64,000 nucleotides of DNA from Actinomycetota bacterium. GTDB taxonomy: Bacteria; Actinomycetota; Actinomycetes; S36-B12. The notes under the pieces were generated by a model. The model was given only the letters and a program-made list of their open reading frames with translations. It was not told where the DNA came from and did no database searches. Positions 27,885 through 37,984 of the stretch are shown piece by piece (the stretch's first letter is position 1; each line of letters opens with the position of its first letter). The DNA is taken from NCBI GenBank assembly GCA_947449035.1, contig CANFQC010000003.1, forward strand, positions 24,633 through 88,632. Direction: 5' to 3'. The position numbers were made by a program, and so were the translations under genes.

Positions 27885-29255
27885 GTGACACCCGGCGCCT
27901 TCCCCCTCGCCCACGCGTCCGGCCAGTTGGCCAACCCGCGTCGTGTTGCCCTGCTCTCTATCCACACGAGCCCCCTCGATCAACCCGGTACCGGCGATGC
28001 CGGCGGCATGAATGTCTATGTAGTCGAGACAGCCAAGCGCCTGGCTCTCGCCGGCACTGAAGTCGAGATCTTCACCCGCGCAACGAGCAGCGATCATGCA
28101 AGTGTCGTTGAGCTTGCGCCCGGCGTGAAGGTGCGTCACCTGACGGCCGGCCCATTCGAAGGTCTGCGCAAGGAGGATCTCCCGGGCCAGCTCTGTGCAG
28201 TGACCGCAGGACTGCTTCGCGTGGAGGCCTCGCATCCTGAAGGCTGGTTCGATCTCATCCACTCGCACTACTGGCTCTCGGGCCAGGTGGGCTGGCTTGC
28301 CTCAGAGCGCTGGAACGTTCCGCTCGTGCACACGATGCACACCATGGCGAAAGTGAAGAACCTCGAACTCGCCGAGGGTGATACCCCTGAACCCCAACTT
28401 CGCGTTATCGGCGAAGAGCAGGTCGTCGCGGCAAGCACTCGCTTGATCGCGAACACCGGCATTGAGGCCCAGCAGCTCATCGATCTGTATGGCGCGAATC
28501 CTGCGCATGTCGACACGGTTCACCCTGGCGTCGATCTCGAGCTCTTCACGCCAGGCGATAAGCACGAAGCCCGAGCGAGGTTGACGGAACGCGCGTTCGC
28601 GAGCAATCTCACGAGCCTGGCAAACCTCCGCGGCCGTTCACAGGATCTCGCCGGCAAGCGCATCCTGCTCTTCGTCGGACGAATTCAGCCGCTCAAGGCT
28701 CCCGACATTCTCGTGCGCGCAGCTGCCCGCATGGTGGCCGATGACCCGTCACTTCGCGATGAACTTCTCGTCGTGATCTGCGGCGGCCCCTCGGGAAACG
28801 GCCTTGAGCACCCGACCAGCCTGATCGAGCTCGCACACGACCTCGGCATCGCTGACATCGTGCGCTTCGAGCCGCCGAATGATCGCGCGACCCTCGTTGA
28901 CTGGTTCCGCGCCGCTGACATCACCGTCGTGCCGAGTTACAGCGAGTCATTCGGCCTGGTGGTCGTGGAGTCGCAGGCCTGCGGGACTCCGGTCGTTGCA
29001 TCTGCAGTCGGCGGCCTACGCACTGCGGTCAATCATGAGGTTTCCGGCGTCCTGATCGATGGCCACTCGGTGAGCTCCTACGCTCACACTCTCGCGAGCC
29101 TGCTGCGTAATCCGGTGCGACTCGATGAATTGGCACGTGGTGCTCGCATGCACGCCGCAACCTTCGGTTGGGAGTCGACAACTCTCGGCCTGCTCGACTC
29201 TTACCGCGCGGCAATGGCGAACTACCGCAATAGCGAGCTGGCCGTTCACGCATGA
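27885..29255 (+). CDS. mshA: D-inositol-3-phosphate glycosyltransferase (mycothiol biosynthesis)
   Basis: [28 protein letters not shown] is the MshA N-terminal signature. GT4 C-terminal motif [19 protein letters not shown]. Conserved mshA-ybjN-gpm synteny. Confidence 0.9.
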   Translation: MTPGAFPLAHASGQLANPRRVALLSIHTSPLDQPGTGDAGGMNVYVVETAKRLALAGTEVEIFTRATSSDHASVVELAPGVKVRHLTAGPFEGLRKEDLPGQLCAVTAGLLRVEASHPEGWFDLIHSHYWLSGQVGWLASERWNVPLVHTMHTMAKVKNLELAEGDTPEPQLRVIGEEQVVAASTRLIANTGIEAQQLIDLYGANPAHVDTVHPGVDLELFTPGDKHEARARLTERAFASNLTSLANLRGRSQDLAGKRILLFVGRIQPLKAPDILVRAAARMVADDPSLRDELLVVICGGPSGNGLEHPTSLIELAHDLGIADIVRFEPPNDRATLVDWFRAADITVVPSYSESFGLVVVESQACGTPVVASAVGGLRTAVNHEVSGVLIDGHSVSSYAHTLASLLRNPVRLDELARGARMHAATFGWESTTLGLLDSYRAAMANYRNSELAVHA

Positions 29256-29791
29256 GCAACGACACGAGCCACGACTCCGCAAGCAACACGACTGCGGCCG
29301 TGATCGAGGCTTACTGCATCAAGAACGAGTTGCCGTGCGAGAAGACGGTTACCCCCGACACCAACAACACCACTTACATCGTGGTGCTGCCGGGCACTCA
29401 CAAGCTCATGACCAATGTGGCCCTGAGTATCGGCAAGCACTCGCTGACCATCAATGCCTTTGTCGCCCGTAATCCCGATGAGAATCACAAGGGTGTTTAC
29501 GAGTGGCTGCTTGAGCGAAACCGGCGCATGTATGCGGTGGCGTTCAGCATTGATCAGTTCGGAGACATCTACCTCACCGGCAAGGTCCCGAATGCGAACC
29601 TGAGCGAGGACGAACTCGACCGTATTTTCGGCGCAGTGCTGGAGTACTCCGATAACTCCTTCAACATCATTCTTGAGCTTGGATTCGAGACTGCGATTCG
29701 CAAGGAATGGGCCTGGCGCGTGAAGTCCGGTGAATCCACGGCCAATCTCGCCGCCTTCGCGCATCTGGCCGCTCCTCGCGAAACTCCTTGA
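29252..29791 (+). CDS. YbjN-domain protein (Rv0487-like)
   Basis: Conserved position immediately after mshA (4-nt overlap). About 180 aa with composition consistent with a YbjN/T3SS-chaperone-like fold. The family call is partly based on synteny. Confidence 0.6.
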   Translation: MSNDTSHDSASNTTAAVIEAYCIKNELPCEKTVTPDTNNTTYIVVLPGTHKLMTNVALSIGKHSLTINAFVARNPDENHKGVYEWLLERNRRMYAVAFSIDQFGDIYLTGKVPNANLSEDELDRIFGAVLEYSDNSFNIILELGFETAIRKEWAWRVKSGESTANLAAFAHLAAPRETP

Positions 29792-29852
29792 GCACTTCGG
29801 CTTGAGTGAAGCCGACTAAGAATCAAGAAACTCAGTCGGGCAGAATTGAGCC

Positions 29853-30614
29853 ATGACCAACGCGCCCTACACCCTGATCCTGCTCCGCCACGGCGAGAGC
29901 GAATGGAATGCCAAGAACCTCTTCACCGGTTGGGTCGACGTCGACCTCAACGAGAAGGGCATGGCCGAGGCCAAGCGCGGTGGTGAAATGCTCAAGGAAG
30001 CCGGAATTCTTCCTGATGTCGTACACACCTCACTTCTTAAGCGCGCAATCAAGACCAGCCAGATCGCCCTCGAGGCCGCTGATCGTCACTGGATACAGGT
30101 CGTGCGCAACTGGCGCTTGAACGAGCGTCACTACGGTGCACTTCAGGGCAAGAACAAGAAGGAGACCCTTGAGCAGTACGGCGATGAGCAGTTCATGCTG
30201 TGGCGTCGTTCGTACGACACTCCTCCGCCCGCAATCGATCCGAATGATGAGTGGGCCCAGACTCAAGATGCTCGTTACAGCGCCCTGCCGCCCGAAGCGG
30301 TTCCCGCTACCGAGTGTCTGAAAGACGTCGTCACGCGTCTTATCCCTTACTGGGAAGACGTCATCGTCGCCGAGGAACTTCGAGCCGGAAAGACCGTGCT
30401 CATTGCGGCTCACGGTAATTCGCTGCGGGCGCTCGTCAAGCATCTTGATGGCATCAGCGATGCCGATATCGCCGAGTTGAACATCCCCACAGGCATCCCG
30501 CTTGTCTACAAGCTCGACGAGAACCTCAAGCCGATCGTCAAGGGCGGCGAGTACCTCGATCCGGCTGCTGCCGCTGAGGCTGCTGCTGCCGTGGCAAACC
30601 AGGGTAAGAAGTAG
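29853..30614 (+). CDS. gpmA: 2,3-bisphosphoglycerate-dependent phosphoglycerate mutase
   Basis: [25 protein letters not shown]...ERHYGALQG...[10 protein letters not shown]. Confidence 0.95.
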   Translation: MTNAPYTLILLRHGESEWNAKNLFTGWVDVDLNEKGMAEAKRGGEMLKEAGILPDVVHTSLLKRAIKTSQIALEAADRHWIQVVRNWRLNERHYGALQGKNKKETLEQYGDEQFMLWRRSYDTPPPAIDPNDEWAQTQDARYSALPPEAVPATECLKDVVTRLIPYWEDVIVAEELRAGKTVLIAAHGNSLRALVKHLDGISDADIAELNIPTGIPLVYKLDENLKPIVKGGEYLDPAAAAEAAAAVANQGKK

Positions 30615-30630
30615 CTCACTTCACGTAACT

Positions 30631-30670
30631 ATGCGTGTGGCCCGCTTCGAATGAGGCGGGCCACACGCAT
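30631..30670. terminator. Perfect 15-bp-stem hairpin between convergent genes
   Basis: ATGCGTGTGGCCCGC-(10 nt)-GCGGGCCACACGCAT. Confidence 0.6.
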
Positions 30671-30687
30671 GTGAGAGTCACGATCAG

Positions 30688-30975
30688 TTACCAACGCGGC
30701 TTCATGATGTCGATGAGCTTCGGCCGAACGTCGAAGAGATACACCAAGGTCGCGACTGCGCCTGCAATTCCGAAGATGCCGAAGGGATTGCGGAACAGGA
30801 GACCCGTCGCGAGCGCGGCACCGGTGAGAACGAGCCAAAGGGTCTTCGACTTCCGGTCAATGGCCGGGAAGGCCTGGGCCGGCCTGCGTGCGCAATCGAT
30901 TAACGCCCACGCCTGGAGGCCTGTAAGCGCAAGCCACAGGCCGAGAATGACGAAGCCCTGCACGGATCCCAGCAT
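30688..30975 (-). CDS. DUF2516-family small membrane protein
   Basis: 95 aa with 3 TM segments. LQAWALIDCARRPAQAFPAIDRKSKTLW resembles DUF2516. TAGGGT-N6-ATG start. Confidence 0.6.
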   Translation of the reverse strand: MLGSVQGFVILGLWLALTGLQAWALIDCARRPAQAFPAIDRKSKTLWLVLTGAALATGLLFRNPFGIFGIAGAVATLVYLFDVRPKLIDIMKPRW

Positions 30976-31060
30976 GCTCAGACCCTATGTGACGTATGCG
31001 CGGGCATTCCGAGAAGGTGCGCCACATGCACCACTGTCTCTGTAGCCGTACATTCCCCTC

Positions 31061-31789
31061 ATGCAGGTTGCCGGTATCGATCTCGCCTGGGGAACCAGAG
31101 CGCGCACCGGCATAGCGCTTACCGATGCCAACGGTGCACTCCTTCGATCCGCCTCCGTCACCACTGACACTGAGATCGCCAACTTCCTCGCAGGAAGCAG
31201 CCCCGCCGTGATTGCGATTGACGCCCCGATCATCGTGACGAATTCAGCCGGAATGCGCGACTGCGAGTGCGAACTGTCGAAGGACTTCCGAAGATTTCAC
31301 GCCGGCACACATCCGACCAACATGAGTCAGCCCAGCATGCAGCCGGAGCCGAGAGCGGCACGGCTAGTCAATGCGCACGGCTGGAGCACCAACCCTGGGT
31401 CCTCACCCTCTGCGAAGCAGCCCATCGCTCTGGAGGTCTATCCGCACAGTTCGATGGTCGGCCTTTTTGGCTTGACTCGAGTTCTCGAATACAAGGCGAA
31501 GTCAGGTCGCACGCCCGTGATGCGCAAAGCCCAGTTCATCGAGCTCATGCACCTGATGGAGATTCACTGCGACCACTCGCTGCGACTGACGAAGAACAAT
31601 CGGTGGCAAGAAATCGGGCAACTCGTCGCGACTGCAACACGGCAGTCAGAGCTGAATCTGATCGAGGATGAGATTGATGCGATCTTCTGCGCCTACATCG
31701 CCTGGGCCTTTGCGACGAATCGTGAGTCGCTCGTGACTTACGGCAATGCGACTACGGGTGTCATTGTCACTTTCCCACCACCCGCCTAA
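31061..31789 (+). CDS. DUF429-domain protein (predicted RNase H-like fold)
   Basis: N-terminus VAGIDLAWG...IAIDAPI is typical of DUF429. TACATT-N6-ATG start. Confidence 0.6.
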   Translation: MQVAGIDLAWGTRARTGIALTDANGALLRSASVTTDTEIANFLAGSSPAVIAIDAPIIVTNSAGMRDCECELSKDFRRFHAGTHPTNMSQPSMQPEPRAARLVNAHGWSTNPGSSPSAKQPIALEVYPHSSMVGLFGLTRVLEYKAKSGRTPVMRKAQFIELMHLMEIHCDHSLRLTKNNRWQEIGQLVATATRQSELNLIEDEIDAIFCAYIAWAFATNRESLVTYGNATTGVIVTFPPPA

Positions 31790-31793
31790 TCGC

Positions 31794-32030
31794 TCAGCAG
31801 GAGCCGAGCCCCTTATAGAAGCGTTCCGGGACGACAAGCGGCCATGAGCCGGGCGTGCCGAGTTCGCCCTGCGCGTGCTGCCACGCCTCATGCCAGCCGC
31901 ACGGCATGCACACCATGATCGAGTCCAGATCGGCAGACACTGACATCGAGGGGACACCTGGTCCCACGCCTGGTTCAACGTCGCTGGGCACATAGTGACC
32001 GCAACGCGGGCAGATCGGCGGCTGTGCCAT
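31794..32030 (-). CDS. Small Cys-rich protein, putative zinc ribbon (CPRC ... CMPC)
   Basis: 78-aa ORF with SD AGAGGAG before the ATG and two CxxC pairs. No recognisable family. Confidence 0.4.
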   Translation of the reverse strand: MAQPPICPRCGHYVPSDVEPGVGPGVPSMSVSADLDSIMVCMPCGWHEAWQHAQGELGTPGSWPLVVPERFYKGLGSC

Positions 32031-32235
32031 CTGACTCCTCTGGATTTTCCATCACGATTGTCATGACGCTTGCACGTGCGATCCCCAGCCTTCCATACCC
32101 GATTTCAGGAAGCACGCTTCCTTTGAACGGTCCGTGCTCGGACTAACGACCACTTTCGGTAAAGCGTGCCCATGCGCCACAGCTACCGTCAAAGCACGCG
32201 CGCATGACGCCATGCATGCCGATGGAAGGACTTCA

Positions 32236-33369
32236 ATGACCACGTACGGGATGCTCAGCACCTACCCACCAACTCAGTGCGGCCTGGCGACCTTTGCAGC
32301 CGCACTCGCGGACTCGCTCATCACTCGACAAGATCGCGTGAGCGTCGTTGCGATGGTCGACAAACCCCAAACCGGGTTCCCGGCAGAGGTTGATCTCCAG
32401 TGGGTGCGCGGGTCGGCTGAAGGCGCGTACGAGACTGCGTCTCGGCTGAATGCAACCGACGTCGTGATCCTTCAGCATGAGTACGGAATCTTCGGTGGAG
32501 CTGACGGACACGATGTCGTCGAGGTCATGAACCTGGTCACGGTGCCGGTAATAACGGTCTTCCATACCGTGCTCGAAACTCCTACAGCCAACCAGCGCTT
32601 CATCCTCGAGGATCTCGCGACCCGCTCCAACACGATCGTGACAATGACCTCGACGGCTCGCCATCGGCTGGTGACGAAGTACCAGGTGAATGCAGCCAAG
32701 GTGGTCGTGATTCCGCATGGTGCCGACGAAACTCACCTCACCGGACGCTTCCGCACGCGCACGAACCTGCGCCCGACGATTCTCACCTGGGGGCTCATTG
32801 GCTCCGGCAAGGGAATCGAATGGGGCATCAGCGCCATGGCATTGCTCGCTGACATCAAGCCGGCGCCCCTGTACAAGATTGTCGGTAAGACCCACCCGAA
32901 GGTCGTGGAGAACGAGGGTGAGCGCTACCGAGAGAGCCTCATGAAGCAGGTCAGCGAAAAGGGCTTGCAGGATCGCGTCGAGTTCGATGCTCGATACCTC
33001 ACCATTCCTGAGCTGCAGGAGATTGTCGCCGGTGCAGACATCGTGCTGCTCCCCTACGACTCCAAGGACCAGGTGACTTCAGGGGTACTCGTGGAGGCCA
33101 TCACCGCCGGTAAGCCGGTCATCTCGACTCGATTCCCGCACGCCACCGAGTTGCTCTCCGGCGGGATGGGCATTCTCGTTGAGCGCGAGAACCCTGCGCA
33201 GATCGCTAAGGCCATCAGACGTCTTCTCACTGAACCTGACACTGCCACAGAGATGGCCGCCGCCGCCCGTCGCATGGCACCCGAGTTGCTCTGGTCGGCA
33301 GTAGCTGACAAGTACCGCGATGTAGCGGCTCACCTGATGCACACCACGAAGGCTCGGATCAGCGCATGA
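32236..33369 (+). CDS. GT4-family (GT-B) glycosyltransferase
   Basis: N-terminus YGMLSTYPPTQCGLATFAAAL, and C-terminal donor-binding region SGVLVEAITAGKPVIST. Start moved to ATG 32236, which has GGAAGGA upstream. The track ORF starts at 32134. Confidence 0.85.
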   Translation: MTTYGMLSTYPPTQCGLATFAAALADSLITRQDRVSVVAMVDKPQTGFPAEVDLQWVRGSAEGAYETASRLNATDVVILQHEYGIFGGADGHDVVEVMNLVTVPVITVFHTVLETPTANQRFILEDLATRSNTIVTMTSTARHRLVTKYQVNAAKVVVIPHGADETHLTGRFRTRTNLRPTILTWGLIGSGKGIEWGISAMALLADIKPAPLYKIVGKTHPKVVENEGERYRESLMKQVSEKGLQDRVEFDARYLTIPELQEIVAGADIVLLPYDSKDQVTSGVLVEAITAGKPVISTRFPHATELLSGGMGILVERENPAQIAKAIRRLLTEPDTATEMAAAARRMAPELLWSAVADKYRDVAAHLMHTTKARISA

Positions 33370-34481
33370 GTACCGAGACACGTGCGAGTGTTGCCACGCC
33401 CAAGGCGATTACCCAGAATCGCACCTACCTTCCGATCAGCCTTACCCACCTCCAGCGTATGAGTGATGACATCGGCCTGTTCGAGCATGCGCGTCATTCC
33501 TATCCGCGCATTGAGCACGGGTATTGCGTCGATGACGTGGCACGCGGCTTAATTGTCACGGCTCGAGAGGCCGGACATGCCGACGCACTGCCAGCCACCA
33601 CCGCTCGTACCGAGGCCCAGAATGCGCACGACCGAACGGCGCGCGAACTTTCCCGCCTCTACCTCGACTTCCTGACGGAAGCGCAGGAGTACGACGGCCG
33701 GATGCGCAATCGTCGAAATGCCATAGGCGACTGGACCGATTCACCGATGCTGCACGATGCCTGGGGTCGCGCGCTCTGGGGCCTGGGCACGGCGGTGGCG
33801 AAGTGCGCACAGTTGGCAGACGAAGCCTTGACGGTATTCGAGCGAAGTGCCCATCAGAGCTCGCCCTTCTCACGCTCAATGGCCTTCGCCGCTCTCGGCG
33901 CCGCCGAGGTGCTGAGTGTCATCCCCGACCACCGCCAGTCGATCAATCTCCTACACGCCGCACTTTTCGAGATCGGCATTCCGAGTGAGCGCCCCGAATG
34001 GCAGTGGCCCGAGGAGAGGCTGACATATGCGAATGCGTGCGTAGCCGAGGTCGTCATCGCTGCGGGTGAACTGCTTCATGAGCCGCGCTACGTGATGCGC
34101 GGCATCACCATGCTCGACTGGCTGGTACAGGTCGAGACTAAGGATGGCCACATCTCCGTTACCCCGGTAGGCGGTTGGTACCACGATGAGCCGCGACCTG
34201 GTTTCGATCAGCAGCCGATCGAGGTCGCCGCTCTGGCAGAGGCCGCCGCGCGCGCATACGGACTCACCCGTGATCCGCACTGGGCGAACGTGGTGCGCAT
34301 GTGCGCTGACTGGTTCGACGGGGACAACGACTCGAAGACGCCCATGGCTGATCACGTTCATGGGGCGGGATTCGACGGGCTAGAACGCGATGGACGCAAC
34401 GAAAACTGCGGCGCGGAATCGACAATCGCCATGCTGTCCACCTTCCAGCAGGCTCGGCGCCTCGCAGGTGCGACCCAGTGA
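33366..34481 (+). CDS. Uncharacterized protein, likely all-alpha (possibly alpha/alpha-toroid, glycosidase-like). Family not recognised.
   Basis: 371 aa. ATGA overlap with the GT4 stop. Helix-rich sequence with a GYCVDDVARGL segment reminiscent of six-hairpin enzymes. This is inference only. Confidence 0.45.
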   Translation: MSTETRASVATPKAITQNRTYLPISLTHLQRMSDDIGLFEHARHSYPRIEHGYCVDDVARGLIVTAREAGHADALPATTARTEAQNAHDRTARELSRLYLDFLTEAQEYDGRMRNRRNAIGDWTDSPMLHDAWGRALWGLGTAVAKCAQLADEALTVFERSAHQSSPFSRSMAFAALGAAEVLSVIPDHRQSINLLHAALFEIGIPSERPEWQWPEERLTYANACVAEVVIAAGELLHEPRYVMRGITMLDWLVQVETKDGHISVTPVGGWYHDEPRPGFDQQPIEVAALAEAAARAYGLTRDPHWANVVRMCADWFDGDNDSKTPMADHVHGAGFDGLERDGRNENCGAESTIAMLSTFQQARRLAGATQ

Positions 34482-36142
34482 GCACCGGGGGAACGGATTT
34501 CTCAGGTCTGGCAATCGGCAGTGCGAGCGGCTCGCAGTCGAGCAGCTCAACTGAGACGACTCGATCGACCAACGACTACATCTCCGTTGTCCCGCCTCTC
34601 GACGGCTCAATAGTGACCCGCTCCGCCATCCATCTCTTTCCCGATCACCGCAGGGTAATTACCCGACCATTCCTGCCCGGCCAGGAGTTCTTGATTCAAG
34701 GCATCAGCAGGGCCGAGAGCGTGATCGAGCGCCTGCTCGCCATGAGTGATGCTGAGGTAGAGCGCACGCTGCTCGCCACGATTGCGCAGTTCGACCGCCG
34801 ACACGGCGATCTACTGACAGTCTTCCGCGAGCACTTCAAGCTCATCTCTCACCGTCTCCCCCTCGTGAACGTGAATCCCGACACGATGGAACAGACACGT
34901 CGAGATCTCATTGGGGCCTACTTCACGCAGGAGTACGCCATCGAAGGGGCCGCGCTGTTCAACCCTTCGATCGTCGCGCATCCGGACCAAAGTGACCTGA
35001 AGTCAGGCGAACTCCGCTTCATCATGAGTGCCCGAGCTGTCGGTGAGGGCCACGTGTCCAGTGTGGAATTCCGCACTGGGGTGATCACGGGTATTCACCA
35101 GCTGGAGATTGATGCCCCTGGTCGCTTCTTGACCGCAGGTACGACCAGCCCACTTCCCATGTCACGTGACTTCCTCAGCGACTCCTTAAGCCGACAGGGT
35201 GATGCGATCTCTGCAGAGTCGATCCTGCGGTTGCTTCCTGATGAGTTCACGCCAAGTGACCTTGAGCTCGTACTTCGGTCTAGTGAGGCAGACAGTCCGC
35301 GTCGGGACACGAATGACGGCATCCTGGAACGTATTCGCCGAACGGCCGAGTCGAGCTTCTGCCTCACCTTCGATCCAATCTCGGACCTGAGTGAGCGCGT
35401 GATCTTCCCGAGCAGCCCTGCTGAGAGTCACGGTATGGAGGATGCACGCTTCGTGCGATTCGTCGATGACAACGATGCTGCTCAGCGTGCGACCGACGAG
35501 TCTGGGGCTCAGGAGAATGAGGTGACCTACTACGGCACATACACGGCCTTCGATGGAACAAAGGTCGCCCCGCACATGCTCAAGACGCGTGACTTTGCCA
35601 CCTTCGAGATTCAGCCGATGATCGGGGCCGCGGCCCAGAACAAGGGCATGGCGCTCTTCCCTCGCAAGATCGACGGCGAGTTCTGGGGAATCTCACGCTG
35701 GGACAGGGAGAACATCTCGGTCGCGACTTCACCGGACACATTGCGATGGGGCGAGCCGGTTGTCATTCAGGCACCTGTGCATTCCTGGGAAATCGTGCAA
35801 CTAGGGGCGTGCACATCGCCGATGGAAACCGATGCCGGCTGGCTCGTACTCACCCACGGAGTAGGTCCGATGCGCGTGTACTCCATCGGTGCATTGCTGC
35901 TCGATATCGATGACCCGACTCAGGTCATCGGACAACTCGCTACGCCACTGCTCAGCCCCCAGGGCGATGAACGCGAAGGGTACGTGCCCAACGTCATCTA
36001 CTCCTGCGGTGCCCTGATTCACGATGGCGTTGTCGTACTTCCCTACGGTTGCAGCGATGCATCGATCAGATTCGCATTCGTCGATCTCGCCGGCCTTCTC
36101 GTCCTGCTCACCGAATCACCCCTCGCTAAGGAGAAGTCATGA
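34478..36142 (+). CDS. GH130-like glycoside phosphorylase/hydrolase domain (C-terminal ~265 aa) fused to an unrecognised ~290-aa N-terminal domain
   Basis: The C-terminal part (MEDARFVRF...YYGTYTAFDG...KGMALFPRKIDGEFWGISR...GWLVLTHGV...YSIGALLLDIDDP...EREGYVPNVIYSCG...LPYGCSD) matches the GH130 / PH1107-related five-bladed propeller pattern. GTGA overlap with the upstream stop. Confidence 0.7.
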   Translation: MSTGGTDFSGLAIGSASGSQSSSSTETTRSTNDYISVVPPLDGSIVTRSAIHLFPDHRRVITRPFLPGQEFLIQGISRAESVIERLLAMSDAEVERTLLATIAQFDRRHGDLLTVFREHFKLISHRLPLVNVNPDTMEQTRRDLIGAYFTQEYAIEGAALFNPSIVAHPDQSDLKSGELRFIMSARAVGEGHVSSVEFRTGVITGIHQLEIDAPGRFLTAGTTSPLPMSRDFLSDSLSRQGDAISAESILRLLPDEFTPSDLELVLRSSEADSPRRDTNDGILERIRRTAESSFCLTFDPISDLSERVIFPSSPAESHGMEDARFVRFVDDNDAAQRATDESGAQENEVTYYGTYTAFDGTKVAPHMLKTRDFATFEIQPMIGAAAQNKGMALFPRKIDGEFWGISRWDRENISVATSPDTLRWGEPVVIQAPVHSWEIVQLGACTSPMETDAGWLVLTHGVGPMRVYSIGALLLDIDDPTQVIGQLATPLLSPQGDEREGYVPNVIYSCGALIHDGVVVLPYGCSDASIRFAFVDLAGLLVLLTESPLAKEKS

Positions 36143-36519
36143 CCATCACCGAACAGAAGATCCCGACGCAGATATCGAGTGAGCGCCCCTGGGGCCGCTT
36201 CGAGCAGTTCGCAACGAACGAACAGGTCACCGTCAAGATCATTACGGTCGAACCCGGCCAACGACTTTCACTGCAACGTCACCGGCTGCGCAGCGAACTC
36301 TGGACGATCATCGATGGACCTGTTGATGTCGAGGTGAGTGGAATTCCTAGGTCACTGAATTCAGGCGAGCACGTCTGGATTCCGCAGCTGGCCATGCATC
36401 GCATGGGCAACTCATCGCCGCAGACAGTGCGAGTGCTCGAGGTCGCCTTCGGACACTTCGACGAAGACGACATCGAGCGCTTCGACGACGATTACGAGCG
36501 CGTGAGCCCATCCGCCTGA
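36139..36519 (+). CDS. Cupin-domain protein, type II phosphomannose isomerase (ManC C-terminal) type
   Basis: RPWGRFEQF...KIITVEPGQRLSLQRHRLRSELWTIIDG...GEHVWIPQLAMHRMGN...EDDIERFDDDYER. ATGA overlap with the upstream stop. Confidence 0.75.
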   Translation: MTITEQKIPTQISSERPWGRFEQFATNEQVTVKIITVEPGQRLSLQRHRLRSELWTIIDGPVDVEVSGIPRSLNSGEHVWIPQLAMHRMGNSSPQTVRVLEVAFGHFDEDDIERFDDDYERVSPSA

Positions 36520-36570
36520 CCCAATTGTTTGGGTTTGGTCAACCGCGCCCACCACGCTTAGCCTTCGACC

Positions 36571-37092
36571 ATGACCTCATCACTCAAGATCACCGCATCC
36601 ATTGCCCTTGCCGCTACCGCAGTCGTCGGCCTGGCCGCCTGCTCCTCGGGCTCGTCATCTTCGGCGTCGAGTAGCGCCGCGCCCTCGACCGCCGCATCCT
36701 CGGCAGCCAGCGCCCCCGCTTCAGCCGCCGCATCCTCTGTACCCGTGAACATCGCTCCAGAAGTCATCGCCGCGTACTTCTCGGCTGTCTGCCTCGCACC
36801 CGCCGAGAAGCTAGGTGTCGCTGGCGCACTGAGCGCCGATGGAAAGACCTGCACGACCCCGGAGGGCAAGGATGTCCCGATCGACCAGATCTCGACGAAC
36901 CTTGGTGATCCTCGTGCCCGATTCGCCCTGATGGCGAACTACTACTCGATCGCGGGCGCGACCGACATCGCCGATTGCCTCACCATTGCTGAGGCGAAGA
37001 AGGCACTCTCTGCTCCGGCTCCTGCCGAGCTTTCTGATACCTGCGTCACGAACCTCATGACTGCCGTCGCGAAGTCCCTGACCCAGAAGTAG
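36571..37092 (+). CDS. Lipoprotein of unknown function
   Basis: Signal peptide plus lipobox (GLAA-C), followed by a Ser/Ala-rich linker. TAGCCT-N6-ATG start. Confidence 0.55.
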   Translation: MTSSLKITASIALAATAVVGLAACSSGSSSSASSSAAPSTAASSAASAPASAAASSVPVNIAPEVIAAYFSAVCLAPAEKLGVAGALSADGKTCTTPEGKDVPIDQISTNLGDPRARFALMANYYSIAGATDIADCLTIAEAKKALSAPAPAELSDTCVTNLMTAVAKSLTQK

Positions 37093-37103
37093 TCGAGCAT
37101 GGT

Positions 37104-37134
37104 GAAGGGCCGCCCCCTCGGGGAGCGGCCCTTC
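37104..37134. terminator. Hairpin between convergent genes
   Basis: GAAGGGCCGC-CCCCTCGGGGA-GCGGCCCTTC. Confidence 0.55.
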
Positions 37135-37152
37135 GCTATGTATGAGGGTTGA

Positions 37153-37908
37153 TCAGCCGTTCACTGCGCGACGGTCGTAATCAGCAGTGATGGCCGGGAT
37201 CTCGGCGGTGATGTCGTCGTAGGCGGCAGCCACGGCCGCGATCTCAGCAGCCTGCGCCGCAGAGGCCTCTCGCATCTCCTGTGCGGCCTCAACCATGGCG
37301 CTGCCTGTCCACTCCCCTGGGCGAGCCTTGTCGATCGGGCGGGGCACCTGCGAGGCACGGGGAGCGGTGACATAGGTCGGCAGCGTGGTGGGCACGGCCT
37401 CCCAGGCCTCCTCGTCGTCGTCCCAGGCGTTCCAGTTCTCCCAGTCGTCGACCTTGTCAGCAGTCGCGGCGGCGGCCGGAGCGACACGTTCGCGACGAGA
37501 GGTGGGCGAGGTGCGGCGGACACGAGCGGGTGCTGCCTGGGTACGAGCTGAGGCGGTCATGGCACTGGCCACCATGAAGGCGGCGGTCAGCAGCCCGAAG
37601 AGGATGGGCATCCACTTGGGGGCCACGGAAACGAGAGCCAGGAGCAAGGTCACGGCGGTCATTCCGGCCAGTGACGCAAGGACGATTGCCCGGCGCTTGG
37701 CCGACGGTGCCATGGTGCTGAAACTGTTCATCTGATCGCGTCCCCCGCGCCGAATGCTCATCTCGTCGTGGCTGCCGAGTCGGGCCATCGAGTTCTCGAA
37801 GCGGGCGGTCGACCTGACCTCGCTGATCTGGTCATGGCGACGAAGCCACATCGGGATCAGGACAGCAGCCCACAACGCGATAATCACGATGTAGATAAGG
37901 CCCGTCAC
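37153..37908 (-). CDS. Membrane protein, positional equivalent of M. tuberculosis Rv0996 (GlpR/SepX-like divisome receptor candidate)
   Basis: Start set at GTG 37908 (TAACGT-N7), because the 349-aa track ORF overlaps the upstream GNAT gene. N-terminal TM segment (LIYIVIIALWAAVLIPMWLRRHD), two more TM segments, and an acidic Trp-rich tail (DDWENWNAWDDDEEAWE). The family call rests mainly on synteny. Confidence 0.45.
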   Translation of the reverse strand: MTGLIYIVIIALWAAVLIPMWLRRHDQISEVRSTARFENSMARLGSHDEMSIRRGGRDQMNSFSTMAPSAKRRAIVLASLAGMTAVTLLLALVSVAPKWMPILFGLLTAAFMVASAMTASARTQAAPARVRRTSPTSRRERVAPAAAATADKVDDWENWNAWDDDEEAWEAVPTTLPTYVTAPRASQVPRPIDKARPGEWTGSAMVEAAQEMREASAAQAAEIAAVAAAYDDITAEIPAITADYDRRAVNG

Positions 37909-37984
37909 GCCTCGTACGTTAGAGGCCCATATAGGGGACAGCGTGTAGGTGCGATGCGGGGCAGTTTCGGCGTGTCGCGTGTGA

